A stretch of DNA of 64,000 nt. Origin: an uncultured Acidobacteriota bacterium. Lineage in GTDB: Bacteria; Acidobacteriota; Vicinamibacteria; Vicinamibacterales; CAVPJW01. Below are positions 10,407 through 21,448 of the stretch, piece by piece (within the stretch, counting starts at the first letter, position 1; each line of letters starts with the position of its first letter). The position numbers and the translations under genes were made by a program. The stretch lies in NCBI GenBank assembly GCA_963826865.1, contig CAWGYQ010000007.1:8605-72604 (forward strand), given 5' to 3'. The notes below the pieces were generated by a model. That model saw nothing but the letters and a program-made list of their open reading frames with translations. It did no database searches and had not been told where the DNA came from.

Positions 10407-10772
10407 ATGCCGTTTGTGATCACCGACCCTTGTATTGGAACCAAAGATACCGCGTGCGTGGATGTCTGCCCGGTCGACTGCATCCATCCGCGTAAGGATG
10501 AGCCGGAGTTCGAGCCGGCCACGATGCTCTACATTCATCCCGAAGAATGTATCGACTGCGGCGCCTGCGTGCCGGCTTGCCCCGTGACCGCCATCTACGA
10601 CAGCGTGGACTCGACACCCGGCAGTCAGAAGGGCTTGATTGAAGCCAATGCAATTTATCGCAATGGCGATGCAGAGACCATGGCGGCCGCCGAGGCCATC
10701 GTCCAAGCCCACGTCGATTCGCATCCTGAGCTGATGGCCATCGATCCCAAGGAGCGTCAGGCCGCCCACTGA
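10407..10772 (+). CDS. 7Fe-type (FdxA-like) ferredoxin
   Basis: CIGTKDTACVDVCPVDC and CIDCGACVPACP cluster motifs. Confidence 0.92.
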   Translation: MPFVITDPCIGTKDTACVDVCPVDCIHPRKDEPEFEPATMLYIHPEECIDCGACVPACPVTAIYDSVDSTPGSQKGLIEANAIYRNGDAETMAAAEAIVQAHVDSHPELMAIDPKERQAAH

Positions 10773-10983
10773 TTCGCTCCACCTGCGCTCCAGTCGGCGG
10801 GCCCGCGGGCCCGCCGCTCCCTTGTCGCGCTCCGCGACGATCACGGTTCTGCTCAGGCGGTTGTCCGGCGTCGAAGGCGGCACGGCGTGTCGAAGAGTTC
10901 GAGAGCTGACGCCGCACCTGTCGGGTCGTGGCAGGATGGTTGCAGGGTCGTCTGTGCGGGCCGGGCCCCGACAGGAGGGTGCG

Positions 10984-11829
10984 ATGCGCTGGACGCCAGG
11001 TGAACGCAGCAGAAACCTCGAGGATCGCCGATCCAGTAGCGTCGTGCGCGGTGGCGTAGGGGTGGGCCTCGGTGGCATCGTGCTGCTCCTCGTCATCAGT
11101 TGGATGACCGGCCAGGACTTCCTGTCCCCGGTTATTTCCAATCCCGAGGTGGTCGTGGGGTCCCCCAGTGCGGGTTCCGCCCCCTACACACCCACACCCG
11201 AAGAAGAGCGGCTGACCGACTTCGTGTCGTTTGTGCTGGACGACACACAGCAGACCTGGGCGCGGCTGCTGCCTGGCCGTTACCAGGACGCGCAGCTGGT
11301 CCTCTTTCGCGACGCCATCCAGTCGGCGTGCGGCTTTGCGGACTCGGCGTCCGGGCCGTTCTACTGCCCGGCCGATCGCAAGGTCTACATCGACCTGGGT
11401 TTTTATGAGGAACTGAAACGCCGATTCGGGGCGCCGGGTGACTTCGCTCAGGCGTACGTGCTGGCGCACGAGATCGGCCACCACGTTCAGACTCTGCTTG
11501 GCATCGAGCCGCAGGTGCGGCAGTTGCAGGAGCGCGCGCCATCGCGCGGGAACGAGCTCTCAGTCCGGCTCGAACTGCAGGCCGATTGCTTTGCCGGCGT
11601 GTGGGGGCACTCGACGGGGCAGCGTCAGATCCTCGAGCAGGGGGATGTCGAGGAGGGTCTGAACGCAGCCGCCGCCATTGGTGACGATCGGATTCAGAAG
11701 GAGACCACCGGGCGGGTTCATCCCGATGGTTTCACGCACGGGACATCCCAACAGCGCGTCGAATGGTTCCGTCGAGGCCTCTCGACTGGCAGCATCGAGG
11801 CGTGCAACACGTTCCAGAGCCAGTCATAG
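10984..11829 (+). CDS. YpfJ-like neutral zinc metallopeptidase
   Basis: MRW...SRNLEDRR start after a ggagg RBS; GPFYCPAD, AHEIGHHVQ, ELQADC, FTHGTS. Confidence 0.9.
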   Translation: MRWTPGERSRNLEDRRSSSVVRGGVGVGLGGIVLLLVISWMTGQDFLSPVISNPEVVVGSPSAGSAPYTPTPEEERLTDFVSFVLDDTQQTWARLLPGRYQDAQLVLFRDAIQSACGFADSASGPFYCPADRKVYIDLGFYEELKRRFGAPGDFAQAYVLAHEIGHHVQTLLGIEPQVRQLQERAPSRGNELSVRLELQADCFAGVWGHSTGQRQILEQGDVEEGLNAAAAIGDDRIQKETTGRVHPDGFTHGTSQQRVEWFRRGLSTGSIEACNTFQSQS

Positions 11830-12170
11830 CACCGAATACGCACCACGATTGCCGAGGAGAGACAGCCGCTCAGGGGCGGTTGCTTCGGTCCGCACCACCG
11901 CGGGTGATTCTGCGTTCGTGAGGAAGAGGTGAGGCGCCGTCGAGCCGTCTGTGGAAATTGACCAGACGTTCATGCGGCCCGCCTTCGTCTCGTCCGAGCA
12001 CGTTGCCGTAGTCGCGTGAGCCCTGTTCGTTCGCTGTCAGGCACAGGCCGCAGCCATCCGCGTAGTCGATGCGCTCGCAGATCAGAGACGTCAGGAGAAA
12101 TGAAACTCCGCTGACGAATCGGTCAGACGACCCGCGGGCTCACGTCGCGCGGCGTGGGCGGTGGCGGAGC

Positions 12171-12983
12171 TCAGCTCGCCGAGGAATACTTCGAGTTCTT
12201 GATGCTCGCGAGGCCCAGGGCGCAGAGCAGGCGCGTCACCAGATACCCCATGTCGATCTCCCATTTCTTCTGGGCGAACGTAGGGGAGTTCTGGTCGTCG
12301 TGATGGTTGGCGTGCAGCTCCTCGCCGCCAAGGAGTACGCCCCAGGGCAGAATGTTGCGCGAGTCGTCCTCGGATGCACGGTTTCGGTATCCCCAGGCCG
12401 ACCCCGCGTGGCCGATGCCATTGATCACACCAGCCGCGAAGAGTGGCATCGACCCGACCTGAATGGAGGCCATGATCAATCCCGGCAGTCCAAACACGAT
12501 CAGATCAACGAAGAACATCACCACCACACCGGCTGTGTTGAAGCGGCTGTAGACATAGCGCTCGAGCCAGTCATCGGGTGTTCCCCGTCCGTACTTCTCA
12601 AGGGTTTCAGCGACGCCCGCCTCGCGGTGGTACAACTTGACGCCCAGCGTCGAGACATACGCCAGCCCGAACCAGCGTGGACTGTGGGGATCGTGCTCGG
12701 TTTCGACGTGCTGGTGATGCTTGCGGTGGACGGCGACCCAGGCCTTGGTCAGCATGCTGGTCGTGAACCAGAGCCAGAACCGCATGAAATGGCTGACGAT
12801 CGGATGGAGCGCGATTGATTGATGGGTTTGATTGCGATGCAGGAAGAGCGTGACCGACAGAATGGTGACTTCAATGCGTGCCACGACGAGCAGGGCATAC
12901 ACCCACAACGGAAACTGCGGCAGTAACGCGTACGAATTGACGTACCGTCCGGCGTCTGCGAGAGATTCAAACGCTGTCCACAC
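12171..12983 (-). CDS. Membrane fatty-acid (acyl-CoA delta-9-type) desaturase
   Basis: Three His boxes HRNQTH, HRKHH, HANHH; GTG start at 12983 after an agaggag RBS. Confidence 0.88.
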   Translation of the reverse strand: MWTAFESLADAGRYVNSYALLPQFPLWVYALLVVARIEVTILSVTLFLHRNQTHQSIALHPIVSHFMRFWLWFTTSMLTKAWVAVHRKHHQHVETEHDPHSPRWFGLAYVSTLGVKLYHREAGVAETLEKYGRGTPDDWLERYVYSRFNTAGVVVMFFVDLIVFGLPGLIMASIQVGSMPLFAAGVINGIGHAGSAWGYRNRASEDDSRNILPWGVLLGGEELHANHHDDQNSPTFAQKKWEIDMGYLVTRLLCALGLASIKNSKYSSAS

Positions 12984-13271
12984 GAGTCTCGGCGCTCCTC
13001 TGGTTGGCCGTCCAGGCTCGACCGTCTGACCTGGCAGGGGGTGACGAATCGTTGAGCGGCGCGGCGGCCCTGGACTCAGCCGGCCGCATCCAAGCAGGTG
13101 TATCGACGAGTCGAGGGTCAAATACTAGCGTACGAGGGCGCCTCCTGGGCATGTTTTGAATCAAGACGCTAGTCGACTGGTGGCGCCGTGCTCGAAGGTC
13201 CCACGGGGATTCGACGAGGAACGTGGCCGCGTGACATCAGTCCATGTCGGTCGCTTCGGCCCGGCGGCACG

Positions 13272-13301
13272 CTGACCGGAGACGCGCGTATTGTCTATAA
13301 T
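13272..13301 (+). promoter_or_regulatory. Sigma-70-like promoter for the candidate ncRNA
   Basis: CTGACC-18 nt-TATAAT. Confidence 0.55.
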
Positions 13302-13306
13302 CGGCG

Positions 13307-13416
13307 GTGTCGAACGCGGCTGCCGCCTCGCGGCACCGTCATCGAGGCTTGGATCCTTGGTCCGGGCTCGACCGTTCGACCGCCTGCCGGGTGTCTCCGC
13401 ACCCGGCAGGTTCTTT
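13307..13416 (+). ncRNA. Candidate structured small RNA (three-way junction plus terminator)
   Basis: P1 gtcgaacg/cgttcgac (13309-16/13373-80); P2 13317-13338; P3 13342-13371 with G-U pairs that favour the + strand; flanked by a promoter and a terminator. Confidence 0.5.
13383..13416 (+). terminator. Intrinsic terminator
   Basis: 11-bp perfect stem cctgccgggtg/cacccggcagg followed by ttcttt. Confidence 0.7.
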
Positions 13417-13436
13417 CGGCTCAGGGCACGTGACAT

Positions 13437-13463
13437 AAATGAGATTGAGACTAAATCTCATTT
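13437..13463. promoter_or_regulatory. Fur-box-like operator
   Basis: AT-rich perfect inverted repeat aaatgagatt-7-aatctcattt containing a 7-1-7 TGAGACT-A-AATCTCA unit and an overlapping unit offset by 6 bp. Confidence 0.6.
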
Positions 13464-13473
13464 CGTGTCGTGT

Positions 13474-13502
13474 AGTGTAGCCCTGACCGATTGCTCGGTC
13501 AA
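13474..13502 (-). promoter_or_regulatory. Sigma-70-like leftward promoter with internal palindrome
   Basis: TTGACC-17 nt-TACACT on the minus strand; palindrome tgaccga-ttgc-tcggtca at 13484-13501. Confidence 0.6.
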
Positions 13503-13756
13503 GTCCCTTTCCATCCGCGATGCCCGTGGCCCGTCGCTCGTGGCCGCCGAGCCCAGGATCGAGACCTCTGGAATGTTCGCCCTCTTGCAGTCCCGCGCGG
13601 GCGCGAGGCGAATATAACTGTCGCGAGAGATGTTCACGTTCTCGGCTGGTTCCCATCGCCGGGCGAGACGTCGATCCCGGTGACGCCGCGCATGCCCGAT
13701 GCTTCGGGCGCGTGCTCGTCTGATGCCCTGCGGTATAATCGATGTCCCACCTCGTC

Positions 13757-13843
13757 GCGGAAGTGGCGGAACTGGCAGACGCGCAAGCCTCAGGAGCTTG
13801 TGGGGGAAACCTCGTGGGGGTTCAAATCCCCCCTTCCGCACCA
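13757..13843 (+). tRNA. tRNA-Leu (anticodon CAG)
   Basis: Acceptor stem gcggaag/cttccgc, anticodon arm caagc-ctCAGga-gcttg, long variable arm, ggttcaaatcc T-arm, encoded CCA; TATAAT at 13734-39. Confidence 0.97.
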
Positions 13844-14143
13844 GCCATCAAACAGAGCTCGTCGCGTCGCCCGAAAATGCCGGGCTGCCCAAGGTGCCCT
13901 TGCCGAGAAACGCCATCTAATCATCGAGCTTGATCGACCGCCGCGCGCTTCGTTTTCGACTGGACCGCCAATCTCTTTCAACTTCCCCAGTAGCTCTCGC
14001 CCCACCAATCTCGCGCCAGTGCGCCACATCCGCCCCCGGATCGAACTCCGCGGTGCAGGCCGTCGTCGAAGCCAATAGACGCGCCGCCCGAGCCCTCAGG
14101 TGAATTCCCGGTTCACTCCGGGGTCTATACTGACTGAGTCGGC

Positions 14144-15940
14144 GTGTTTCCTGTCTCAAGGAGGTCATCCGTGGCGTTTCGACGCGGTGTCGCGCTCGCG
14201 CTGGTCGTGATCGGTGCGCCGCTGGTCCTCGCCGCCATGGTGGTGGCCGGCGTCTTCGTGTTCTGGTCCCGCGAACCGGTCGTACCAGAGCAGACGACGC
14301 TCGTGTTGAGGTTGGGCGGCGAGCTCCCCGAGGTGGCTCCGGACGATGTCCTCGGGCAGGTTATACGCACGACACGCCCCGTGACCTTGCAGTCGCAGAT
14401 TGAAACGATTCGCAAGGCCAAGGTGGATCGCCGGATTGTGGCCTTGGTCGTGCGTCCCGCTGCGCTCGACGTGTCGCTCTGGGCAAAGCTGCAGGAGCTG
14501 CACCAGGCGCTCGTGGACTTCCGCCGGTCCGGCAAGCAAGCCGTGGCCTTTCTCGAGTATGCAGGTGAACGCGGGTACTACCTGGCGACGGCGTGCGATC
14601 GCGTCTTCATGACGCCGAGTGCGGTATTGAACGTCAACGGTCTTGCCAGCTATGAGCTGTTCTTGCGCGGCACCCTCGACAAGGTCGGCGCCTATCCCGA
14701 TCTCTATCAAATCGGCGCCCACAAGACGGCCCCGAACGCCCTGACGCAGAAATCGTTCACGCCAGCGCACCGCGAGATGACGGAGTGGCTGAATCGCGAC
14801 CTGTACGAACAGCTCGTGCGAGCCATGGCCGATGGGCGTCAGCGCACGGATGCCGAGATCCGGTCGATTATTGACGAGGGTCCTTTTCTCGCCGAGCAGG
14901 CCAAGCGCGCCGGACTCATCGACGATCTGGCGTACGAGGATCAGATCGATGACAAGGTTCGGCTGAACGGAGGCGAGCCGAAGATGCTCGAGCTCCCTGA
15001 CTATGCGCGCGTCAGTCCGTCGTCGCTCGGTCTTCAGAACGGTCCGCGGATTGCGCTGGTCTATGCGGCGGGACCCATCACCTCGGGGCGAAGCGAGTCG
15101 GGGCCCCTCACCGGATCAACAGTCGGCTCGGACACGTTCAACCAGCATCTCCGGACGGTTCGTGCCGACTCCTCGGTTCGCGCGATCATCGTCCGCATCG
15201 ATAGTCCGGGTGGGTCATCGGTGGCGTCGGATGTGATCTGGCGCGAGCTGATGCTGACGCGCGACGAGCGGCCAGAACGTCCGCTCGTCGTGTCGATGTC
15301 AGATGTAGCCGCCTCGGGCGGGTACTACATCGCCATGCCGGCACAGGTGATCGTCGCCCAGCCGGCGACGTTGACAGGGTCCATCGGAATCTTCGGAGGC
15401 AAGTTCGTCACCGCGGGCCTCTACGAGAAAGTTGGCGCCTCGGTCGAAACCGTCGCAAACGGCAAGCACGCGATGATGGATTCGAGCTTTCAACCCTATA
15501 CGGCGAGCGAGCGGGCCAAGCTCGAGGAGCAGCTGCGCGCGTTCTATTGGCAGTTCGTCGACAAGGTCGCGCGCGCCCGTAACCTGACGCCTGAGCGTGT
15601 GCACGCCCTCGCGGAAGGGCGGGTCTGGACCGGCCGCCAGGCGAAGCAGCACGGGCTCGTCGACGAGCTCGGTGGCCTCGATCGAGCAATTTCCGTCGCG
15701 AAACAGCGCGCCAAGATTCCGCAGGATCAGGAAGTGGATCTCGTGGTCTATCCGCCCAGACGGAGCCTCTACGAGATTCTGCTCAGCGAGTGGCGCGGAG
15801 ACACCGAGGCGCGCGCGGCGGCCGCCTGGTCGCGCACAGCGGGTCTCGCCGACACGTTCAGGGCCGCCTCCATGCTGCGGTTGTTTCGGCGCGGCGAACC
15901 GCTGGCGCTGATGCCGTTCGGGCTCGTGTCCGTGGAGTAG
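14144..15940 (+). CDS. sppA: Signal peptide peptidase SppA, 67K type
   Basis: Tandem S49 domains; RIDSPGGS, AASGGYY, TGSIG, GRVWTG. Confidence 0.93.
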   Translation: MFPVSRRSSVAFRRGVALALVVIGAPLVLAAMVVAGVFVFWSREPVVPEQTTLVLRLGGELPEVAPDDVLGQVIRTTRPVTLQSQIETIRKAKVDRRIVALVVRPAALDVSLWAKLQELHQALVDFRRSGKQAVAFLEYAGERGYYLATACDRVFMTPSAVLNVNGLASYELFLRGTLDKVGAYPDLYQIGAHKTAPNALTQKSFTPAHREMTEWLNRDLYEQLVRAMADGRQRTDAEIRSIIDEGPFLAEQAKRAGLIDDLAYEDQIDDKVRLNGGEPKMLELPDYARVSPSSLGLQNGPRIALVYAAGPITSGRSESGPLTGSTVGSDTFNQHLRTVRADSSVRAIIVRIDSPGGSSVASDVIWRELMLTRDERPERPLVVSMSDVAASGGYYIAMPAQVIVAQPATLTGSIGIFGGKFVTAGLYEKVGASVETVANGKHAMMDSSFQPYTASERAKLEEQLRAFYWQFVDKVARARNLTPERVHALAEGRVWTGRQAKQHGLVDELGGLDRAISVAKQRAKIPQDQEVDLVVYPPRRSLYEILLSEWRGDTEARAAAAWSRTAGLADTFRAASMLRLFRRGEPLALMPFGLVSVE

Positions 15941-15949
15941 TGGGCGGGC

Positions 15950-17893
15950 TCAGGCCGCGCCGATCATCCGCTGCAGGGTATTCCGGTCAACCTCGATCTT
16001 CATGCGCTCCTTCGCCTTCAACATGTAGGCGCTGAAAAAGCGCGTGCGGCGATCGTTGAGCAGCTCGTTCTGGAACGGCTCGCGGCCGGCGGCGAACTCG
16101 GCCGGCGTCACATCCTTGCGTTCGACCACCTTCACAATGGCTACCCCGTTGTCGGTCACAATCGGGTCGCTGACCGAGCCGGGTTTGAGCGAGAAGGCGA
16201 CTCGGTCGATGGCGGGGCTCGGTCCCACCCCAGGAATCGCCGATCCCCGAGCGATGAGCTCCGTCGACCGCGATTCGACTCCAGCGGCCTGGGCGGCCTT
16301 CTGAAAATCGCCCGCAGTCCTGAGGGCTGTCGCAATCGTGCCGGCCTTCTCGCGCGCGAGAGCCGTCGCCTTCTCGCGCGTGACGTCCTCGCGAACACGG
16401 TCGCGCACCTCGTCCAGGTTCGGCAGGCGCGTCTCCTGGCGTCCGGCCAGTGTCATGAACACCTCGCCTCGGGCAGCGCGGACGGCACCGCTCATTTCGC
16501 CTTCCTTCATCTCGAAGGCCCGAGCGTTCACCTCGGGTGCGGGGCCAAGCCCCATCACGGGCTCGTCGCGTGCGAAGAATCCCGTTTCCTGCACCGTGAG
16601 ACCACGGGCCTTGGCTACCCGCTCGAGGTCTGCTGGGCTGGTCAGCTCCTGTTCGACGGCAGCACTGAGTGCCGACAGCTGTGCCTGTGCGCGCTCGGAT
16701 GTGAGCTGATCGGTGATCTGCTGGCGCAGGTCGTCCAGGGAGCGGGTGGTCGCCGGCTTCTTGTCCACGACCTTGATGATGTGGTACCCGAACGGCGTCT
16801 TCACCGGACCGATGATGGCGCCTGCAGTCGCTTCGAAGGCGGCCTGTTCGAACTCGGGCACCATGCGTCCGCGACCGAAGTAGTCGAGATCCCCGCCCTG
16901 TGGCGCCGATCCTTCATCTTCGGACTGGCGGCGCGCCAATTCGGCAAAGTCGGCGCCTGCACGCGCCTGTTTCAGAAGCTCTTCCGCCCTGGTCCGCACA
17001 CTGGCTTCATCCTTGCCTTCGGTTTTGAGAAGGATGTGGCTGGCGCGAATCTGCTCGGGGGTCGAGTACTGCGCGATGTTGTCGTTGTAGGCGCGCTCCA
17101 CGTCAGAGGGCGACACGCCGGCTTTTGCGCGCATCGACTCGAGGTCCAGCAGGAGATACCGGATCTTGCGCTTCTCGCCGACTCGATACTGCTCCTTGTT
17201 CGACTCGAACTGCCGGCTCACGTCGGCGTCGGTGACCGCGACCTGCGAGCGAAATGCGTCTGGTGTGACGGTCACGACGTCGAGCTTCACCTTCTCGTTT
17301 CGCACACGGTACTCGGCTTCGGCTTCGCCCTCACCCAGAGTCATCCAGTCGGTCAGCGCCGATCGGAGCCTCTCGACCAGCAGACTGCGCCGCAGACCCT
17401 CCTCGAACTCCGCGGGTGTCATCGGCGGCGACTGCATCCGCAAGAGCTGCCGATACCGCTGCTCGCCGATGAACCGCCCGTTTTCCTGCAGGCCCGGGAG
17501 CGACATGATCCGCTCACGGACTTCCTCGTCGCTCACTGAGAGGCCCAGACGCTCGGCTTCGGCAAGTGCCGCGCGCTCGTCAATCATCTGCTGCAGAATC
17601 TGCTGCTCGATGCCGAGCTGCCGGAGCATCTGCTCGTTGATGTTCGCGCCGTAGGCGCCGCGATACATCTGGAGCTGCGCGGCATAGGTTCGGCGAAAGT
17701 CGCCGGCGCTGATTTCTCGCCCGTCAACGCTCGCGATGGTCTCGTTCTGTCCGACGAGACCCGTTCCGGCACCGATGCTCGAGTCCGGCTGGAGAAAGTC
17801 GGGGATGTAGAACACGACAAACGTCAGACACACGAGAGCCAGGCTCCACTTGAGCCAGTTCTTGTGCCGACGCATCCGATCGAGCATGGTCAT
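15950..17893 (-). CDS. PpiD/SurA-N domain parvulin PPIase chaperone
   Basis: N-terminal TM, SurA-N region, IRASHIL, GGDLDYF, TPFGYHIIKV. Confidence 0.9.
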   Translation of the reverse strand: MTMLDRMRRHKNWLKWSLALVCLTFVVFYIPDFLQPDSSIGAGTGLVGQNETIASVDGREISAGDFRRTYAAQLQMYRGAYGANINEQMLRQLGIEQQILQQMIDERAALAEAERLGLSVSDEEVRERIMSLPGLQENGRFIGEQRYRQLLRMQSPPMTPAEFEEGLRRSLLVERLRSALTDWMTLGEGEAEAEYRVRNEKVKLDVVTVTPDAFRSQVAVTDADVSRQFESNKEQYRVGEKRKIRYLLLDLESMRAKAGVSPSDVERAYNDNIAQYSTPEQIRASHILLKTEGKDEASVRTRAEELLKQARAGADFAELARRQSEDEGSAPQGGDLDYFGRGRMVPEFEQAAFEATAGAIIGPVKTPFGYHIIKVVDKKPATTRSLDDLRQQITDQLTSERAQAQLSALSAAVEQELTSPADLERVAKARGLTVQETGFFARDEPVMGLGPAPEVNARAFEMKEGEMSGAVRAARGEVFMTLAGRQETRLPNLDEVRDRVREDVTREKATALAREKAGTIATALRTAGDFQKAAQAAGVESRSTELIARGSAIPGVGPSPAIDRVAFSLKPGSVSDPIVTDNGVAIVKVVERKDVTPAEFAAGREPFQNELLNDRRTRFFSAYMLKAKERMKIEVDRNTLQRMIGAA

Positions 17894-18439
17894 TAAGTGT
17901 CCACCGATCGTACGTTATGAGGACCGGTGCCGCAAGCCGGCGCCCACCGTCAGTCCCCGGGATCCGAGCGATGAGCAGCGGTGCGCCGGCAGGTCGGGGG
18001 GTCCCGGACGAACAGCAGTCATGTGATATATTCGCAGTGTAAACAGGGAGTTATAGCCCGCCGATGGAGGTGCGGTTCCCGTCGCGACCTCCACGTTCGA
18101 ACCCGACGCCCATCCAATCGCGCCGATAGAGCGAGGACGTCCCAAAGGGGGCCCAGGTCGCGTCCGACGGACATGGACCGTGGGAGCCCTGCCGCGGGTG
18201 TGCCTTGCCGCCGAAACAGGAAGTAGCGTGCCTCAGCTTTCACGCCGTCCCACCACGGCCAGACCTCGTCTCGACCCCGCCGAGCGGCGGCGACCGGACG
18301 CGGGTCCGGTCGAAGTCCCGGAGCCGGACGTCGCACGTCGGTTGAGCCAGGTGCAGGTGGTGCTCGTGGACCGCGGTGCCGGTCAGGTGCTCGGAACGTC
18401 GGCGCCTCATGTGGGCTCCTGGATCCTGCGCCAGGGCCA

Positions 18440-18840
18440 GGATTTTGTGTCGGCCAGCCTGCGACGTGACCGCCGGGTCCGTGGGATGGTCGAGGTGCCA
18501 GCCGTCTCGCTCGACAGTGCCTGGCGGCTGCAGAAGGCGGAGGCGTTGTCGGTGACCGGCGACCCGAGGGGCCTGTCCAACTCGTGCTACCTGAACCAGG
18601 CGCTGCGTCGAGAAACTAAGCGCACGTCGCGCAACGGCCGGCCGCTGTCAGTGCTGTTTCTGGATCTGGATGGGTTCACGGCGATCAATGATTCACACGG
18701 CATTTGTGTGGTGGCCGCGCATTGGTCGACCCTGCCGGATGTCGCCGAATCGGCCGAAGAATTGTGGCGCGCCCGCCGATCAGGCCATGTACGCGGTGAA
18801 GGACGCCGGCAGGCACGCCGTGCGCGTCGCGCGCTGCCCG
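18440..18840 (+). pseudogene. Decayed GGDEF diguanylate cyclase remnant (boundaries approximate)
   Basis: AEALSVT..GLSN..YL...RPLSVLFLDLDGFTAINDSHG/HLCGGRALVD joined to LPDVAESAEELWRA/ADQAMYAVKDAGR; the GG(D/E)EF core is missing; frameshifts present. Confidence 0.75.
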
Positions 18841-18889
18841 AGACGCGTGTGCCCCTGTACGGGGCAGGAGCGGGCCGGCCGACCGTTGA

Positions 18890-19948
<1,059 letters not shown>

Positions 19949-19982
19949 GAGTCGGCCGCTGAAAGCACCTGGGCTGCGCGCA

Positions 19983-20833
19983 ATGAACGGCGTCGACATG
20001 CGGCGGCGGGGTGGCCTCTTGTTCGTGGTCGTCCTCGTCGCGCACATCATCATGATCTCGGCGCAGGTCCCCAGCGGGGCGCGCTCGAGCGTCCCACTGC
20101 TCGAGAGCGTGGCCTTCGGGGTGTTCTCCGAAGTACAGCGCTGGGTCTCTGGCGGGCTGGCGCGCTGGCAGGGGGTCTGGCGGGGATATGTCGACTTGCG
20201 CAACGTGCGCGTCGAGAACGACCAGCTCCGCCGGGAGGTGGCGGACTTGCAGATTCAGCTTCAGGAGCAGCGGGCGCAGGCGGATCGCACCAGCCAGCTC
20301 GAGCGGCTGCTCGGTATGCGCGACCGATCTCCCCTCAAAACGACGGCTGCGGCGGTGATTGGCGCCGGTTCAACCCCGGACTTCCGCGCCATGACGATCG
20401 ACAAGGGGACCGCAGACGGTCTCCGACCTGATATGGCCGTGATCGCGCCGCGAGGCATCGTGGGTCGCATCGTGGTCCCCAGCGCCCGCGCGTCCAAGGT
20501 GCAGCTGCTCATCGATCGCAATGCGGCCGCGGGGGCGCTCGTCGACCGATCGCGCGCGCAGGGAGTAGCGGTCGGAGGCGGCGACGCCCAGCGATTGCGC
20601 TTCGACTATGTGTCGGCCGCGGCCGATGTGCAGGTCGGTGATCTCGTAGTGACGTCGGGCATCGACGGGATCTTTCCCAAGGGATTCGTGATTGGCAACG
20701 TCCAGCGCATCGAGCGGGGGAGTTCGGGTACTCGGAGATCGAGATCCGTCCCGCCGTGGACTTTTCCTCCCTCGAGGAAGTGCTGGTGGTGCTCACCCCA
20801 CCTGTGGCGACCGAGGACGGGGAGAAGGAGTGA
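19983..20833 (+). CDS. mreC: MreC, apparent frameshift near 20727
   Basis: Coiled coil, IDKGTADG, VTSGIDGIFPKG; the shifted frame ends PAVDFSSLEEVLVV...EKE, stop at 20833. Confidence 0.92.
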
Positions 20834-21357
20834 AGGCGGGCAAGGTCCTGCTGGCGATATCGCTGGCGCTGGCGTTACAGACTACCTTTGCTCGCTTCGC
20901 CATCAGCGGTTGGGCTGCCATCGACTTGGTACTCGTCGCCGTCATTTACATCGCGCTCACGTCTGGCCCCGTCACCGGCCTGCTGGCCGGGGCGGCGGCC
21001 GGGCTGGCGCAGGATGCGCTATCGAGCGGGATCATCGGCATCGGTGGATTAGCCAAGACAGTGGTCGGGTTCGTGGGGGGCACCCTCGGCACACACTTGG
21101 TGGTGTCGCCAGCCTTGGCGCGCGTGCTGGTGTTTGCCTTGGCCACGCTCCTACACGCCGTGATTTTCATCGGACTTTATGTACTCCTGGACCTGCGTCA
21201 GTTCGGCTCGCCCTACACCGCCGTCTTCAGCCAGGCAGCCGGCAACGGCGTAGCGGGTGCCCTTCTGTTCCAGCTCGTCGAGCTTCTCCCGGGCACCGCG
21301 GAGCGACGGCGGGCGGCCCGGAGCGTTCGGATGCAGCGCCGGCTGGGAGGGTCGTGA
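20830..21357 (+). CDS. mreD: MreD
   Basis: GTG overlaps the mreC stop; hydrophobic; GLAQDALS motif; synteny. Confidence 0.9.
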   Translation: MKAGKVLLAISLALALQTTFARFAISGWAAIDLVLVAVIYIALTSGPVTGLLAGAAAGLAQDALSSGIIGIGGLAKTVVGFVGGTLGTHLVVSPALARVLVFALATLLHAVIFIGLYVLLDLRQFGSPYTAVFSQAAGNGVAGALLFQLVELLPGTAERRRAARSVRMQRRLGGS

Positions 21358-21448
21358 CGCCCGTTCTGGGAGCGCACTACCCGCTCGCTCCCGATCGAGC
21401 TGTGCAGATCCGGCGGTCTGCGCTAGAGTGGACTGAAGTCCACAGCTG

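Noticed and set aside
13161-13436. 91-aa ORF downstream of the Fur-like box
   Set aside because: No RBS, low-complexity Arg/Pro/Ser content, and it overlaps RNA-like structure; not supportable as a CDS.
13757-14143. tRNA-Leu as an integration site for a genomic island
   Set aside because: No integrase and no duplicated tRNA 3' end seen; the flanking genes are housekeeping.
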